A DNA stretch of 64,000 bases. It comes from Candidatus Methylomirabilota bacterium. Its GTDB lineage: Bacteria > Methylomirabilota > Methylomirabilia > Rokubacteriales > CSP1-6. Below are positions 36,757-47,059 of this stretch, piece after piece. Numbering within the stretch: the stretch's first letter is position 1; each line of letters opens with the position of its first letter. The stretch is from the NCBI GenBank assembly GCA_036556905.1, contig DATBIM010000050.1, forward strand, positions 8,207-72,206. Reading direction: 5' to 3'. The notes under the pieces are model-generated. The model saw only the letters and a program-made list of their open reading frames with translations, was not told the DNA's origin and ran no database searches. Position numbers and translations under genes: made by a program.

Positions 36757-38458
36757 CGGCGTCGCCGCCCCGGCCGCGGCGCGGGCCCCCGGGGGCATCG
36801 CCGTGGCGCCGGCCCTCGGCGTCGCTGCCATCTGGCTCTTCCTGCTGGTGTTCCTGGTCTATCCGCTCCTGAGGATCTTCTGGGACGCCTTCACCGATGA
36901 GCTCGGTCGCTTCACCGTAGGCCACTTCCTCGAGTTCGCCAGCGACGCGTTCTACCGCCGCTCGCTGGTCAACTCGCTGCTGCTGGGCCTGGGAACCGTG
37001 GCTGCCACCTCGGTGCTGGGCTTCACGATCGCGATCCTGCTCGTCCGGTACGAGTTCGTCGGCCGGAGCCTGTTCAGCTACCTCACGCTGATTCCCATCA
37101 TCTCGCCCCCGCTGGTCGGGGTCCTGGGCTTCACGTTCATCCTGGGCCGGGCCGGCACCGTCAACGTGCTCCTGATGGACTGGCTGGACATCGCCCGCCC
37201 CGTCAACTTCATCTATGGCCTCCATGGCGTGCTGCTCGTCGAGGCGCTGCATCTGTTCCCGATGATCACGCTCAACGTGGTCGACGCCCTGGCCAAGATC
37301 GATCCGGCCCTGGAGGAGGCGGCCGAAAGCGTGGGGGCTCGTGGCTGGCGCAAGCTGCGCACGATCACGCTGCCCCTGACAACGCCCGGCTACATCGCCG
37401 GGGCCCTGCTGGTGTTCATCTGGACATTCTCGGACTTCGCCACGCCGCTCGTGCTGGGCGTCCACGACCTGCTAGCCGCGCAGGCCTATCTCAACATTGT
37501 GCAGTTCGTGGACCGGCGCCTGTTCCGCATGGGGATCGTGATCTCGGCCCTCATGGTGGTGCTGGCCGTGGTATTCCTCGTCGCGGCCCGGCGGTACGTC
37601 GCCATCAAGGACTACTCTTCGCTGGCGTACTCCCGTGTGGCCCGGCGCCGGCTCACCGGGGCCCGCCACGCCCTGGCCGTCGGGTTCCTGTCGCTGGTGA
37701 TGGTGGCCTCGTTCATCCCCTACGTGGGCGTGGCCCTGGCCTCGGTGGGGCGGGGCTGGTCGCTCACGCCGCTGCCGGTGCAGTACACGCTGCAGTACTT
37801 CGAGCGGGTGATCGTAGAGACGCCGAAGTACATCGTGAACACCTTTGTCTATGCCGGGCTGGCCGTCGGCATCTGCATCGTCGTGGGCCTGCCCATCGCC
37901 TGGCTGCTGGCCCGCACGCGGCTGCCCGGCCGCGACGTCCTGGACGGCCTCAACACGCTGATCCTGGCCATCCCGGGCACCGCCATCGGCATCGCCTACA
38001 TCCGAGCCTTCCACGTCCCCCTGCCCGGCCTCGACCGCGCCCTCACCAGTTTCTGGATCATCCTGCCGCTCGTCCTTGCGGTGCGGCGACTGCCGTATAC
38101 CGTGCGCGGCTCGTACGCCTCGCTGCTCCTCGTGCACCGCTCGATGGAGGAGGCCGCGGCCAGCGTGGGGGCCCGCGGCCCGCGGTCCTTCCGGGACATC
38201 ACCCTGCCGCTGATCTGGCGCGGCGTCCTGGTCGGGTCTCTCTTCTCGTTCATGACGTCGCTGCAGGAAGCCTCCGCCGTGCTGTTCCTCTCGCTCGGGG
38301 GCTGGGAGACGATGACCGTGGGAATCTTCTCCTTCTACATCGCCGGCAGCGCCAACGAGGCGGCCGCGCTGGGTGTGATCCTCATCGTCGTCGCGGCGGT
38401 GACGCTGGTCCTGATCAACCGTGTGGCCGGCGCCCGCATGGGCGGGATGTTCGGTTAG
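36749..38458 (+). CDS. ABC transporter permease, fused two-domain (FbpB/ThiP-like)
   Basis: 569 aa with two tandem six-TM permease domains, each with an EAA-like loop. 8-nt overlap with the ATPase gene. Confidence 0.8.
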   Translation: MTDGVAAPAAARAPGGIAVAPALGVAAIWLFLLVFLVYPLLRIFWDAFTDELGRFTVGHFLEFASDAFYRRSLVNSLLLGLGTVAATSVLGFTIAILLVRYEFVGRSLFSYLTLIPIISPPLVGVLGFTFILGRAGTVNVLLMDWLDIARPVNFIYGLHGVLLVEALHLFPMITLNVVDALAKIDPALEEAAESVGARGWRKLRTITLPLTTPGYIAGALLVFIWTFSDFATPLVLGVHDLLAAQAYLNIVQFVDRRLFRMGIVISALMVVLAVVFLVAARRYVAIKDYSSLAYSRVARRRLTGARHALAVGFLSLVMVASFIPYVGVALASVGRGWSLTPLPVQYTLQYFERVIVETPKYIVNTFVYAGLAVGICIVVGLPIAWLLARTRLPGRDVLDGLNTLILAIPGTAIGIAYIRAFHVPLPGLDRALTSFWIILPLVLAVRRLPYTVRGSYASLLLVHRSMEEAAASVGARGPRSFRDITLPLIWRGVLVGSLFSFMTSLQEASAVLFLSLGGWETMTVGIFSFYIAGSANEAAALGVILIVVAAVTLVLINRVAGARMGGMFG

Positions 38459-38526
38459 TCCTCTTGTGCTTCACTCCGCTCGGGACGCCCTCAGAAATCA
38501 ACGGGGAATCAGCTAGTTGAGCCGCC

Positions 38527-38555
38527 TTGTCCCGTTCGGTGCGATGTGCTAGTGT
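38527..38555 (+). promoter_or_regulatory. putative promoter of atpZ-atpI-atpB-atpE (TTGTCC-N17-TGcTAGTGT, extended -10)
   Basis: TTGTCC at 38527-38532 and TAGTGT at 38550-38555 with a preceding TG. The atpZ ATG at 38566 is only 10 nt downstream. The -10 element resembles that of the nuoL promoter (TAGAGT). Confidence 0.35.
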
Positions 38556-38565
38556 CCTTCTTCAC

Positions 38566-38799
38566 ATGACGCCGGGGCCCGAGCCCGCCTTCAAGTCTGT
38601 CGGCGAGCTGGCCTCGATCGGCGTGGCCCTGGTACTGGCGACCGTGATCGGCCTGGGCGCTGGTTACTACGCCGACCGCTGGCTGGGCACGAGCCCATGG
38701 TTGACCCTCGTTGGTCTCGGGCTCGGGATCGTGGCGGGCTTCGTCACCCTCTTTCGCTCGGTCAGGAGCGCGGAGCGGAACCTCAAGGACGATGCGTGA
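38566..38799 (+). CDS. atpZ: AtpZ/AtpR-like small membrane protein (ATPase_gene1 family)
   Basis: About 77 aa with two TM helices and Gly-rich GLGAGYYADRWLGT, typical of the small protein preceding F0 genes. Confidence 0.5.
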   Translation: MTPGPEPAFKSVGELASIGVALVLATVIGLGAGYYADRWLGTSPWLTLVGLGLGIVAGFVTLFRSVRSAERNLKDDA

Positions 38800-39160
38800 G
38801 CTGAGAGCGCGCGTCACGCTGGTCAGCGCGGCGACGGCTGCCGTGCTGGCGGGATTGGCCTACGGGCTGGCCGGCCCCGCCGCTGGGCTCGGGGTCGCGG
38901 CCGCGGGGGCCCTGACTTTGGCGAACTTCTGGTGGCTCGTGCACAACGCCGGTGCCGTCGCCGACGTCGTCCCCGCCTCGCGCCGGCTCGTCTGGGCCGT
39001 CGCCTCCGGGGTGCGACTCCTGGCGCTGGTGGCGGTGCTGGCCCTGCTACTCGCCTCCGGGCTCGTGCACCCCGTGGCGTTCGTCGTCGGGCTGGTGATC
39101 GTGCCCGGCGCGGTGATCGTGCTGGGACTGCGGGCCGCCTGTCGCGCCGGAGCCGGATGA
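38792..39160 (+). CDS. atpI: ATP synthase protein I
   Basis: About 122 aa hydrophobic protein with four predicted TM segments (NFWWLVHNAG... region). Overlaps the atpZ stop. Position immediately upstream of atpB. Confidence 0.5.
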   Translation: MRELRARVTLVSAATAAVLAGLAYGLAGPAAGLGVAAAGALTLANFWWLVHNAGAVADVVPASRRLVWAVASGVRLLALVAVLALLLASGLVHPVAFVVGLVIVPGAVIVLGLRAACRAGAG

Positions 39161-39942
39161 TGGGAGCGATCGAGCACCCTCCGATCCTTCAGCTGCCAAC
39201 CATTCCCGACCATGTCACGTATACGTGGCTGGTGATGATCCTGCTCGCCGCGCTGGCCTTCCTGGGCTCCCGCCACGTCGCGCTGGTCCCGCGGGGCCTG
39301 CAGAATGTCCTGGAAGTCGTGCTCGAGCAAATCCTGGGAATGATCGACGACGTGATCGGGCCCGGTGGGCGCCAGTACCTGCCCCTGATCGCCACCCTCG
39401 GGCTCTTCATCCTGACCGGCAACCTCATCTCGCTCGTGCCCGGCCTGGCCGGGCCGACGGCCAACCTCAACACCACGGCGGCGTGTGCCATCATCGTGTT
39501 CGTCTCCTACCATTACATCGGTATCAAGAATCAGGGTCTGGTGGCCTACCTGAACCACTTCACCGGTCCCATGCCCTGGTCGCTGGGAATGGCTCCCATC
39601 AAGCTCTTGATGATTCCCATCGAGCTCATCAGCCACCTGGCCCGGCCCCTGTCGCTGTCGCTCCGGCTCTTCGGTAACATGACGGGCGGCCACATCCTCT
39701 TGGCGATCATCTTCTTCCTCATGGGTCTGGACGGGCTGCTGGGGTGGGCGCTCTCGGGGAGCGGGCTCGCTGTCGTGCTGGGCGGACTGGGTAGCGTCAT
39801 CATGGTCGTCTTCACCGTCGGCTTCCTGTTCCCGCTGAAGATCCTGGTCTCGTTCCTGCAGGCCTTCATCTTCGTCATGCTGACCATGCTGTACATCGCC
39901 GGCGCGACCGAACACGCCGAGCATCACGCGGAGCACCACTAG
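39157..39942 (+). CDS. atpB: F0F1 ATP synthase subunit a, with His-rich C-terminal tail
   Basis: Conserved [15 protein letters not shown] (essential Arg) and helix-5 region. ATGA overlap with atpI. C-terminus ends [11 protein letters not shown]. Confidence 0.9.
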   Translation: MMGAIEHPPILQLPTIPDHVTYTWLVMILLAALAFLGSRHVALVPRGLQNVLEVVLEQILGMIDDVIGPGGRQYLPLIATLGLFILTGNLISLVPGLAGPTANLNTTAACAIIVFVSYHYIGIKNQGLVAYLNHFTGPMPWSLGMAPIKLLMIPIELISHLARPLSLSLRLFGNMTGGHILLAIIFFLMGLDGLLGWALSGSGLAVVLGGLGSVIMVVFTVGFLFPLKILVSFLQAFIFVMLTMLYIAGATEHAEHHAEHH

Positions 39943-39961
39943 CCACAAGGAGGGCCGGTTC

Positions 39962-40291
39962 GTGCGACGTTCACTGGTTGCCGTGGGCATGATAGTGTTC
40001 GCGTTCCCGAGCCTGGCGCTGGCCCAGACGCCCGCCGGAGGAGGGGGTGGTGGCTGGGTCGGACCGTTCGCCGTCCTGGCCGCCGGTCTCGGCATGGCGT
40101 TCGCCGCCGGCCTCTGCGGCCTCGGGCAGGGGCGGGCGATCGCGTCTGCGGTCGAGGCCATGGCCCGCCAGCCCGGCGCGGCGGCGCGGATTCAGACCGC
40201 GATGATCATCGGTCTGGCGCTGATCGAGTCGCTGGCGATCTACACGCTGGTCATCGCGATCATCTTGTTGTTCGTTCAGCCGGTCAAGTAG
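39962..40291 (+). CDS. atpE: F0F1 ATP synthase subunit c with signal-peptide-like N-terminal extension
   Basis: C-terminal 70 aa are a canonical c-subunit hairpin ([22 protein letters not shown], proton-binding E in IESLAIY). Preceded by [41 protein letters not shown] is 8 nt before the GTG. Confidence 0.85.
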   Translation: MRRSLVAVGMIVFAFPSLALAQTPAGGGGGGWVGPFAVLAAGLGMAFAAGLCGLGQGRAIASAVEAMARQPGAAARIQTAMIIGLALIESLAIYTLVIAIILLFVQPVK

Positions 40292-40344
40292 ACAGGCTCG
40301 CGGTGGCGGGCGCGGACGCCGTGCCCGCCACCCACGCACTGCTC

Positions 40345-40995
40345 ATGCCCCGGCGCACGGCCTACCGGCCTCCCAAGATCCCCGAGATGACGATCCGCCG
40401 GCTGTCCGTCTACACGCGCTGCCTGCTCCAGCTCGAGGAAGATGGGGTCAAGACCATCTCCTCGCAGGACCTGGCCGAGCGCTTCAACCTGAACTCCGCG
40501 CAGGTCCGCAAGGACCTCGCCTACTTCGGGGAGTTCGGTGTCCGGGGCATCGGCTACTACGTGTCGGGCCTCAAGGCCGAGTTGCAGCGGATCCTGGGCC
40601 TGGATCGCGAGTGGCCGGTGGCCCTGGTCGGCTTCGGCAACCTCGGCTCGGCCCTCTTCCACTACCGGGGGTTCGGCCGCCAGGGCTTCCGCATCGTGGC
40701 TGTCTTCGACGACGATCCGGCCAAGCACCACCGGGAGGTCGGCGGGGTCCCCGTGTTCCCCGCCCGTGAGCTCGCGCGCGAAGTGCGAGCCCGGTCGATC
40801 CAGATCGGGATCGTGGCGGTCCCGGCCGAATCCGCGCAGGCCGTGGCCGATCAGCTGGTGGCGGCCGGGATCAAGGCCGTCCTGAACTTCGCCCCGACCC
40901 GGATCCGTGTGCCGCGTGACGTTCGGCTCAAGGACGTGGACCTCTCGATCGAGCTGGAGACGCTGTCGTTTTACCTGGCCAAGGGATCACGATAG
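40345..40995 (+). CDS. rex: redox-sensing transcriptional repressor Rex
   Basis: N-terminal winged helix (TIRRLSVYTRCL, ISSQDLAERFNLNSAQVRKDLAYFGEFG) and a Rossmann NADH domain (VALVGFGNLGSAL). Confidence 0.85.
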   Translation: MPRRTAYRPPKIPEMTIRRLSVYTRCLLQLEEDGVKTISSQDLAERFNLNSAQVRKDLAYFGEFGVRGIGYYVSGLKAELQRILGLDREWPVALVGFGNLGSALFHYRGFGRQGFRIVAVFDDDPAKHHREVGGVPVFPARELAREVRARSIQIGIVAVPAESAQAVADQLVAAGIKAVLNFAPTRIRVPRDVRLKDVDLSIELETLSFYLAKGSR

Positions 40996-41019
40996 GGTAG
41001 TAGCCGTAGCCGTCGCTCC

Positions 41020-44000
41020 ATGCTGGAACAGTGGCCGCCGTTCGAAGCCCTGGCGAAAGCCTTCGCCGCGGGAGATCCCTGTCTACGCATCGCCGGCCTC
41101 ACCGGGGGGGGCCGGGCCCTGGTCATAGCCGAGCTCCTCCAGACCACTTCGCGCGCGGCCCTGGTCCTGGCCGCTTCACTCCCCGACGCGCGTTCCTGGG
41201 CTCAGGATCTGAGGTTCTTCGGTGCCCCGGCCGTGGAGTTTCCCGAGGGCGAGCCCCGGCTCTGGCGCGGTGGTCGCCAGCGCGAAGCCGATGCCGAGCG
41301 CGCGCTCATCTGCCGGCGGCTGCTCGCCGGGGAGCCCCTCATCGTCGTCGCCACCCGGTCCGCTCTCGGGGTGCCGCTGTCGGCCCCCGGCGCCTTCGGC
41401 GCCGGGACGCTGCGCTTGTCGGTCGGCGACAGCCTCGATCGCGAGCTGCTCCTGGAGGCGCTCGGCGCCGCCGGCTATGAGCGGGTCGACACGGTCGTCG
41501 AGGTGGGCCAGTGGAGCCTGCGCGGCGGCATCGTCGACATTTTCTCGCCCACGCACCCGGCCCCGGCCCGCCTCGAGTTCTTCGGGGATGAGATCGAGTC
41601 GATCCGCCTGTTCGATCCCACATCGCAGCGGTCGCAGACGGCCCTGGACGAGCTGATCGTGCTGCCGCTCGAGGCTCCTGCCCAGGGGGCGTCGGGGACC
41701 ACCGCCGACTTGCTCGCCTACCTGCCGGCAGCCGCGGCCGTCGTTGTCGACAATCCGCGGCTGCTCGACGAGGGGGTCGAGGAGGCGCCAGACCAGCCGC
41801 CACTGGGGAAGCGGCTGGAATCACGGCAGCGTCTGGAGCTTGAGCTTGTGACCGGAGCGTCCGGCTCGCCTGGATTCGCCCTGGAGACCCACGCGGTGGA
41901 CCGCTACTCGGGACGGTTCATCCAGCTCGCCGAGGAGATCGCCGGCTGGCGACGCGAGGGGTTTCGCGTCCGACTAGTGGCCGCCGACGTCCACCAGGCC
42001 GAGCATCTGCGGCAGATCCTCCGCGAGCACGGGCTGGAGGCAGCGGACGCGCCTGGTCTGGGGACGGCCGACGGTCTGGCGGTGGTCGTGGGAGAGTGCT
42101 CGACCGGCTTCACGATCCCGGCGCTGGGGCTCATCGTGCTGACCGAGGGGGAGATGTTCGGGGCCCGGCGCCGTACCCTCCGGAGGCCCAAATACCAGCG
42201 GGGCTCCCCCGTCACCGCCTTCACAGATCTGGCCGTCGGCGACCTGGTCGTCCACGATGACCACGGGATCGGGCGCTACCTCGGCCTGCGCACCATGCAC
42301 GTGGGAGACCGCGACGGCGACTACCTGCTCCTGGAGTACGCCGAGAGCAACCAGCTCTACCTCCCCGTCGAGCGGCTCGATCTCATCTCCAAGTATCTCG
42401 GTGGAGACGCGACGGCAGCTCGTCTCGATCGTCTGGGCGGGGCCTCTTGGCAACGCGTCAAAGAGTCGGTGCGGGCCGCCCTTCGCGAGATGGCCGAGGA
42501 GTTGCTCAAGCTCTACGCTCGCCGCGCCGTCGCCGAGGGCCACGCCTTCGCCACCGACACCGCCTGGCAGCGGGAGTTCGAAGCCGCCTTCCGCTTCGAG
42601 GAGACGCCGGACCAGCTTCGGGCGATCGCCGACGTCAAGCAGGATATGGAAGCGGCCCGCCCCATGGACCGTCTGGTCGCCGGGGACGTAGGCTACGGCA
42701 AGACGGAAGTGGCGCTTCGGGCCGCCTTTAAGACGGTCGCCGACGGCATGCAGGTGGCGGTGCTGGTCCCCACGACGGTGCTCGCCCAGCAGCACTGGGC
42801 CACGTTCGCCGAGCGTTTTGCCGCGTTTCCGGTTCGGGTCGAGCTGCTCTCGCGGTTCCGATCACCGGCTGAGCAGAAGGCCGTGGTGGACGGGCTCCGG
42901 GCGGGGACGGTGGACGTGGTGATCGGCACCCACCGCCTTCTGTCGCGCGACGTCGGCTTCAAGAACCTGGGATTGCTGATCGTCGACGAGGAGCACCGGT
43001 TCGGCGTCGCCCACAAGGAGCGCCTCAAGCAGTTTCGAACGGCGGTGGACGTGCTGGCGCTGACCGCCACGCCCATCCCCCGTACGCTCTACATGTCCCT
43101 CTCCGGGGTGCGGGACATGTCGGTGATCGAGACGCCGCCGCTGGATCGGCTGCCGGTGGAGACGGTGATCCGTCGCTTCGGCAAGGCGGTGATCCGAGAG
43201 GCCCTGGAGCGTGAGCTCCGGCGCGGCGGTCAGGTCTTCTTCGTCCACAACCGGGTCCAGTCGCTTCCTTCGATGGTGCGCATGCTCGGCGAGTTGGTGC
43301 CCGATGCACGCCTGGTGATGGCGCACGGGCAGATGCGCGAGCGGGAGCTGGAGGCGGCCATGGTCAAGTTCGTCAGCGGTCAGGCCGACGTGCTGGTCTC
43401 GACCGCCATCATCGAGTCGGGGCTGGACATCCCAGCGTCCAACACCATCGTCGTGAACCGGGCGGATCGTCTGGGGCTGGCCCAGCTCTACCAGTTGCGG
43501 GGGCGGGTGGGCCGCGAACGCCAGCAGGCCTTCTGCTATCTGCTCATCCCGGCGGACGGGCGGGTCGATGAGCAGGCCCAGCGGCGGCTCCGGGTGCTGC
43601 AGGAGCTCACGGACCTGGGCTCGGGGTTCAAGCTGGCTCTCCGCGACCTCGAGATCAGGGGCGCTGGCAACCTGCTGGGCGCCCAGCAGCACGGCCACAT
43701 CGCTGCGGTCGGCTTCGATCTTTATTCGAAACTCCTGGCGGAAGCCGTGCGAGAATTGAAGGGCGAAGCGACCGCTGCCAGTGTCGAGCCGGTCGTGAGC
43801 GTGAACGTCGAAGGCTTCTTACCAGAAGACTATGTCTCCGAGGTCAACCAGCGTCTCGCGCTCTACAAGCGCCTCGCCGGAGCTCGCACCGCGGGCGAGG
43901 TGGTGGACCTTCGCGCGGAGCTGGTCGACCGCTTCGGCCCCTTGCCGCTCCCGGCCGAGCAGTTGCTCGACATCGTCCGGATCCGGGTGGCGGCCCGCGA

Positions 44001-44223
44001 CCTCGGCGTGGAACGCATCGAGGCGGGCGACGGCCGCGCCCTCCTCACCTTCGCGCCTTCGACCACGCTGGACCCCCAGCGGCTCATCGGCACCATCCAA
44101 CGGAGCCGGGGCCGGCTGCAGATGAAGCGCGAGTTCACGCTCGAGGCTTCGATCGGCGGGGGGGAGTGGCCGAGCGTCCGGGACTCGCTGCTGGCCCTGC
44201 TCGACGACCTGGGCCACGTATGA
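41020..44223 (+). CDS. mfd: transcription-repair coupling factor
   Basis: 1067 aa. UvrB-homology N-domains, RNAP-interacting domain, superfamily-2 translocase motifs ([23 protein letters not shown]) and TRG motif. Confidence 0.9.
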   Translation: MLEQWPPFEALAKAFAAGDPCLRIAGLTGGGRALVIAELLQTTSRAALVLAASLPDARSWAQDLRFFGAPAVEFPEGEPRLWRGGRQREADAERALICRRLLAGEPLIVVATRSALGVPLSAPGAFGAGTLRLSVGDSLDRELLLEALGAAGYERVDTVVEVGQWSLRGGIVDIFSPTHPAPARLEFFGDEIESIRLFDPTSQRSQTALDELIVLPLEAPAQGASGTTADLLAYLPAAAAVVVDNPRLLDEGVEEAPDQPPLGKRLESRQRLELELVTGASGSPGFALETHAVDRYSGRFIQLAEEIAGWRREGFRVRLVAADVHQAEHLRQILREHGLEAADAPGLGTADGLAVVVGECSTGFTIPALGLIVLTEGEMFGARRRTLRRPKYQRGSPVTAFTDLAVGDLVVHDDHGIGRYLGLRTMHVGDRDGDYLLLEYAESNQLYLPVERLDLISKYLGGDATAARLDRLGGASWQRVKESVRAALREMAEELLKLYARRAVAEGHAFATDTAWQREFEAAFRFEETPDQLRAIADVKQDMEAARPMDRLVAGDVGYGKTEVALRAAFKTVADGMQVAVLVPTTVLAQQHWATFAERFAAFPVRVELLSRFRSPAEQKAVVDGLRAGTVDVVIGTHRLLSRDVGFKNLGLLIVDEEHRFGVAHKERLKQFRTAVDVLALTATPIPRTLYMSLSGVRDMSVIETPPLDRLPVETVIRRFGKAVIREALERELRRGGQVFFVHNRVQSLPSMVRMLGELVPDARLVMAHGQMRERELEAAMVKFVSGQADVLVSTAIIESGLDIPASNTIVVNRADRLGLAQLYQLRGRVGRERQQAFCYLLIPADGRVDEQAQRRLRVLQELTDLGSGFKLALRDLEIRGAGNLLGAQQHGHIAAVGFDLYSKLLAEAVRELKGEATAASVEPVVSVNVEGFLPEDYVSEVNQRLALYKRLAGARTAGEVVDLRAELVDRFGPLPLPAEQLLDIVRIRVAARDLGVERIEAGDGRALLTFAPSTTLDPQRLIGTIQRSRGRLQMKREFTLEASIGGGEWPSVRDSLLALLDDLGHV

Positions 44224-45260
44224 CGGCCGCGCTGGCCCTGGCCATGGTCGCGCTGCTCCTCGCGGGCTGCGGCTCGGCTACCAGCAGTCCCTCCCCGGAG
44301 GTGACGGGCCGCCCCCCGGCGGCGGCGCCGGCCCGGGAACCCGAGCGCTCGCCGACCCGGGCCGTCAGCGCCCCCGACGTGGTCGATCGCATCGTGGCGG
44401 TCGTCAACAACGATGCGATCACGCTCGGGGAAGTGCAAGAGACCGTACTGTCCTTTCGGCAGGAGAACCGGGGCCGGGCGACAGGTTCCGACGAAGAGCT
44501 GGCCCGGCAGTTCCTGACGCGCCTCATCGAAACGCGGTTGCAGCTCCAGGAGGCTGACCGGGAAAAGATCTTCGTCGACGACAGCGAAGTTGACGAGGAG
44601 CTGGCCGAGCGGATGAAGCGCTTCGGGGCCAAGAACAAGGATCAGATCGCCGCCATGCTCAAGGAGCAGGGGTTCACCATCGAAGCCGTCCGCAAGCGTG
44701 TTCGCGAGACCGTGCGCATCGCCAAGGTGGTCCGCCGGAAAGTGACCTTGCGAGTCTCGGTCACCGAAGAGGACATCGACCGGTATATGGCCGACAACCG
44801 GAGCAAGCTGGAAACCGGGCTCAGCTATCACGCCCGCCACATCCTCATCACCCCGGCCGGCAGCTCCGACGCGGCGTGGGAGACGGCCCGCATCCAAGCC
44901 GAGATGATCCGAGACCAGCTCGCCGCCGGCGCCGATTTCGCCGAACTGGCCCGGCAGCATTCGCGCGACGCCAGCGCCAAAGCCGGCGGGGATCTGGGCA
45001 CCCTCAAGCGGGGGGAGCTGGCGGCCGAGATCGAAGCCCGCATCCTCGCGTTGGGGGAGGGGGAGGATTCTCTCCCGTACCGGTCCGCGCTGGGCTTGCA
45101 CCTGTTTCGGCTGGAGAGCAAGGAGACCCTGGAGGGGGATGCCTTGCGGCGGGCCCGACAACAGGTCCGCGAGATCCTGTTCCGGCAGAAGTACGAGTCG
45201 AGACTCGAGGCCTGGCTCAAGGAAATCAAGCAGCGCGCCGTCGTCGAGGTCCGCATGTGA
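44220..45260 (+). CDS. peptidyl-prolyl cis-trans isomerase, SurA-like lipoprotein (SurA N-domain + parvulin/PpiC domain)
   Basis: Lipobox LLAGC, SurA-N-like region and a PpiC domain (YHARHILITPA..., GGDLGTLKRGELAAEIE). ATGA overlap with the mfd stop. Confidence 0.75.
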   Translation: MTAALALAMVALLLAGCGSATSSPSPEVTGRPPAAAPAREPERSPTRAVSAPDVVDRIVAVVNNDAITLGEVQETVLSFRQENRGRATGSDEELARQFLTRLIETRLQLQEADREKIFVDDSEVDEELAERMKRFGAKNKDQIAAMLKEQGFTIEAVRKRVRETVRIAKVVRRKVTLRVSVTEEDIDRYMADNRSKLETGLSYHARHILITPAGSSDAAWETARIQAEMIRDQLAAGADFAELARQHSRDASAKAGGDLGTLKRGELAAEIEARILALGEGEDSLPYRSALGLHLFRLESKETLEGDALRRARQQVREILFRQKYESRLEAWLKEIKQRAVVEVRM

Positions 45261-45281
45261 GGCGATCCAGGAAGAAATTCG

Positions 45282-45310
45282 TTGACAGCATGGCGCAGCG
45301 GTGGCAGGAT
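45282..45310 (+). promoter_or_regulatory. possible rho promoter (TTGACA-N17-CAGGAT, weak -10) ahead of a roughly 100-nt leader
   Basis: Perfect -35 hexamer at 45282-45287 but a weak -10. A second TTGACG lies at 45371. Confidence 0.25.
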
Positions 45311-45405
45311 CATGGGGTAAGTGCCGTCCAGCCCAGCGGAAATCTGCGTCACATTCAACCACTAACGTCATTGACGGCAGCGAACGCCGTCCCCGGAGCC
45401 GTTTG

Positions 45406-46725
45406 ATGAGCGCCCGCCGAGACCGAGTTCAGGGAAACGCGACGACCGAAGCAACCCAGACGAGTGGTGGCCTGAATCTCTCCGAGCTGAAGGAGAAGAC
45501 CATCGCCGATCTGAACACGATCGCTCGCGAAATGAACGTGCAGAACATGGGCGGTCTGCGCAAGCAGGAGCTCATCTTCAAGATCCTGCAGGCCCAGGCG
45601 GAGAAGGATGGCCTGATCTACGCCGAGGGAGTCCTGGAGGTCCTGCCCGACGGCTTCGGATTCCTCCGCGCGCCCGACTACAACTACCTGCCGGGCCCCG
45701 ACGATATCTACGTCTCACCCTCGCAGATCCGGCGGTTCGATCTGCGGACCGGGGATACGGTGTCGGGCCAGGTGCGCCCGCCCAAGGACTCCGAGCGCTA
45801 CTTCGCGCTGCTCAAGGTGGAGGCGATCAACTTCGAGGGGCCGGAGCAGGCCCGGGACAAGATCTTCTTCGACAACCTCACTCCGCTCTATCCGATGGAG
45901 CGGTTGCGACTGGAGCACGATCCCGAGAACCTGACCACCCGGGTCATGGACCTGCTCACGCCGATCGGGAAGGGTCAGCGCGGACTGATCGTGGCCGCGC
46001 CCCGGACCGGCAAGACAATGATGCTGCAGTCGATCGCCCATGCCATCGCCAAGAACCATCCGGAGGTCTACCTCATCGTGCTGCTCATCGACGAGCGGCC
46101 CGAGGAGGTGACGGACATGCAGCGGACCGTGAAGGGCGAGGTCATCTCCTCGACCTTCGACGAGCCCCCTCAGCGCCACATCCAGGTGGCCGACATGGTC
46201 ATCGAGAAGGCCAAGCGGCTGGTGGAGCACAAGCGTGACGTGGTGATCCTGCTCGACTCTCTCACGCGCTTCGCCCGCGCTCACAACGCGATTATCCCCT
46301 CCTCGGGTAAGGTGCTCTCCGGGGGTCTCGACGCCAACGCCCTGCAGCGACCGCGTCGCTTCTTCGCCACCGCGCGGAACATCGAAGAAGGAGGCTCCCT
46401 GACCATCATGGCCACGGCCATCGTGGACACCGGGAGCCGGATGGACGACGTAATTTTCGAGGAGTTCAAGGGTACCGGCAACATGGAGGTGCACCTGGAC
46501 CGTCGGTTGATGGACAAGCGAATCTTTCCGACCATCAACATCGAGCAATCGGGCACCCGCAAGGAAGAGCTGCTGTTGGAGAAGGACGAGCTGCAGAAGG
46601 TCTGGCTGCTCCGCAAGGCGCTCTCCCAACTCAACCCCGTGGAGGGAATGGAGCTTCTGCTGGATAAGCTCAAGCTCACCCGCAGCAACAAGGAGTTCCT
46701 CGCCTCGATGCACTCGATGGGGTAA
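45406..46725 (+). CDS. rho: transcription termination factor Rho
   Basis: N-terminal RNA-binding domain ([23 protein letters not shown]; cold-shock-like fold), Walker [14 protein letters not shown] and R loops. Confidence 0.9.
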   Translation: MSARRDRVQGNATTEATQTSGGLNLSELKEKTIADLNTIAREMNVQNMGGLRKQELIFKILQAQAEKDGLIYAEGVLEVLPDGFGFLRAPDYNYLPGPDDIYVSPSQIRRFDLRTGDTVSGQVRPPKDSERYFALLKVEAINFEGPEQARDKIFFDNLTPLYPMERLRLEHDPENLTTRVMDLLTPIGKGQRGLIVAAPRTGKTMMLQSIAHAIAKNHPEVYLIVLLIDERPEEVTDMQRTVKGEVISSTFDEPPQRHIQVADMVIEKAKRLVEHKRDVVILLDSLTRFARAHNAIIPSSGKVLSGGLDANALQRPRRFFATARNIEEGGSLTIMATAIVDTGSRMDDVIFEEFKGTGNMEVHLDRRLMDKRIFPTINIEQSGTRKEELLLEKDELQKVWLLRKALSQLNPVEGMELLLDKLKLTRSNKEFLASMHSMG

Positions 46726-46765
46726 GGCCTTCCGGCCGCGCATCGGCCTGGCTTTTGGCGATTTT
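46725..46765 (+). terminator. putative intrinsic terminator downstream of rho
   Basis: GC hairpin (ggccg-cgcat-cggcc, extendable with aggcc/ggcct) followed by the T-rich tract tggcttttggcgatttt. Confidence 0.35.
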
Positions 46766-46805
46766 CCCGGGCGGTGGTATCCTTGGTCGTTCAAGGAGGT
46801 AGGCC

Positions 46806-47021
46806 GTGAAGGCTGGCATTCATCCGGAGTACGTCGAGACCACGATCACGTGTGCCTGCGGGGAGGTCATCCAGACCCGTTCTACCAGGCCCGACATTCG
46901 CGTGGAGATTTGCTCCAAGTGCCATCCCTTCTACACCGGCAAGCAGAAGATCGTCGATACGGCGGGCCGGGTCGAGCGCTTCCAGCGCAAGTACAAGCGA
47001 CAAGCGGCTCCGACCAGCTGA
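46806..47021 (+). CDS. rpmE: 50S ribosomal protein L31
   Basis: 71 aa, [21 protein letters not shown]...[10 protein letters not shown] with a C-x-C...C-x-x-C zinc ribbon. RBS AAGGAGG precedes the GTG. Confidence 0.9.
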   Translation: MKAGIHPEYVETTITCACGEVIQTRSTRPDIRVEICSKCHPFYTGKQKIVDTAGRVERFQRKYKRQAAPTS

Positions 47022-47059
47022 GCGCTCCGCCGGGCCGGCACCGGGCCGGGTGAGCCACG

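Noticed and set aside
38464-38474. Rex operator-like TTGTGcttCAC upstream of atpZ
   Set aside because: The half-sites are adjacent, whereas the Rex consensus TTGTGAA-N4-TTCACAA has a central spacer. Too short and too degenerate to call.
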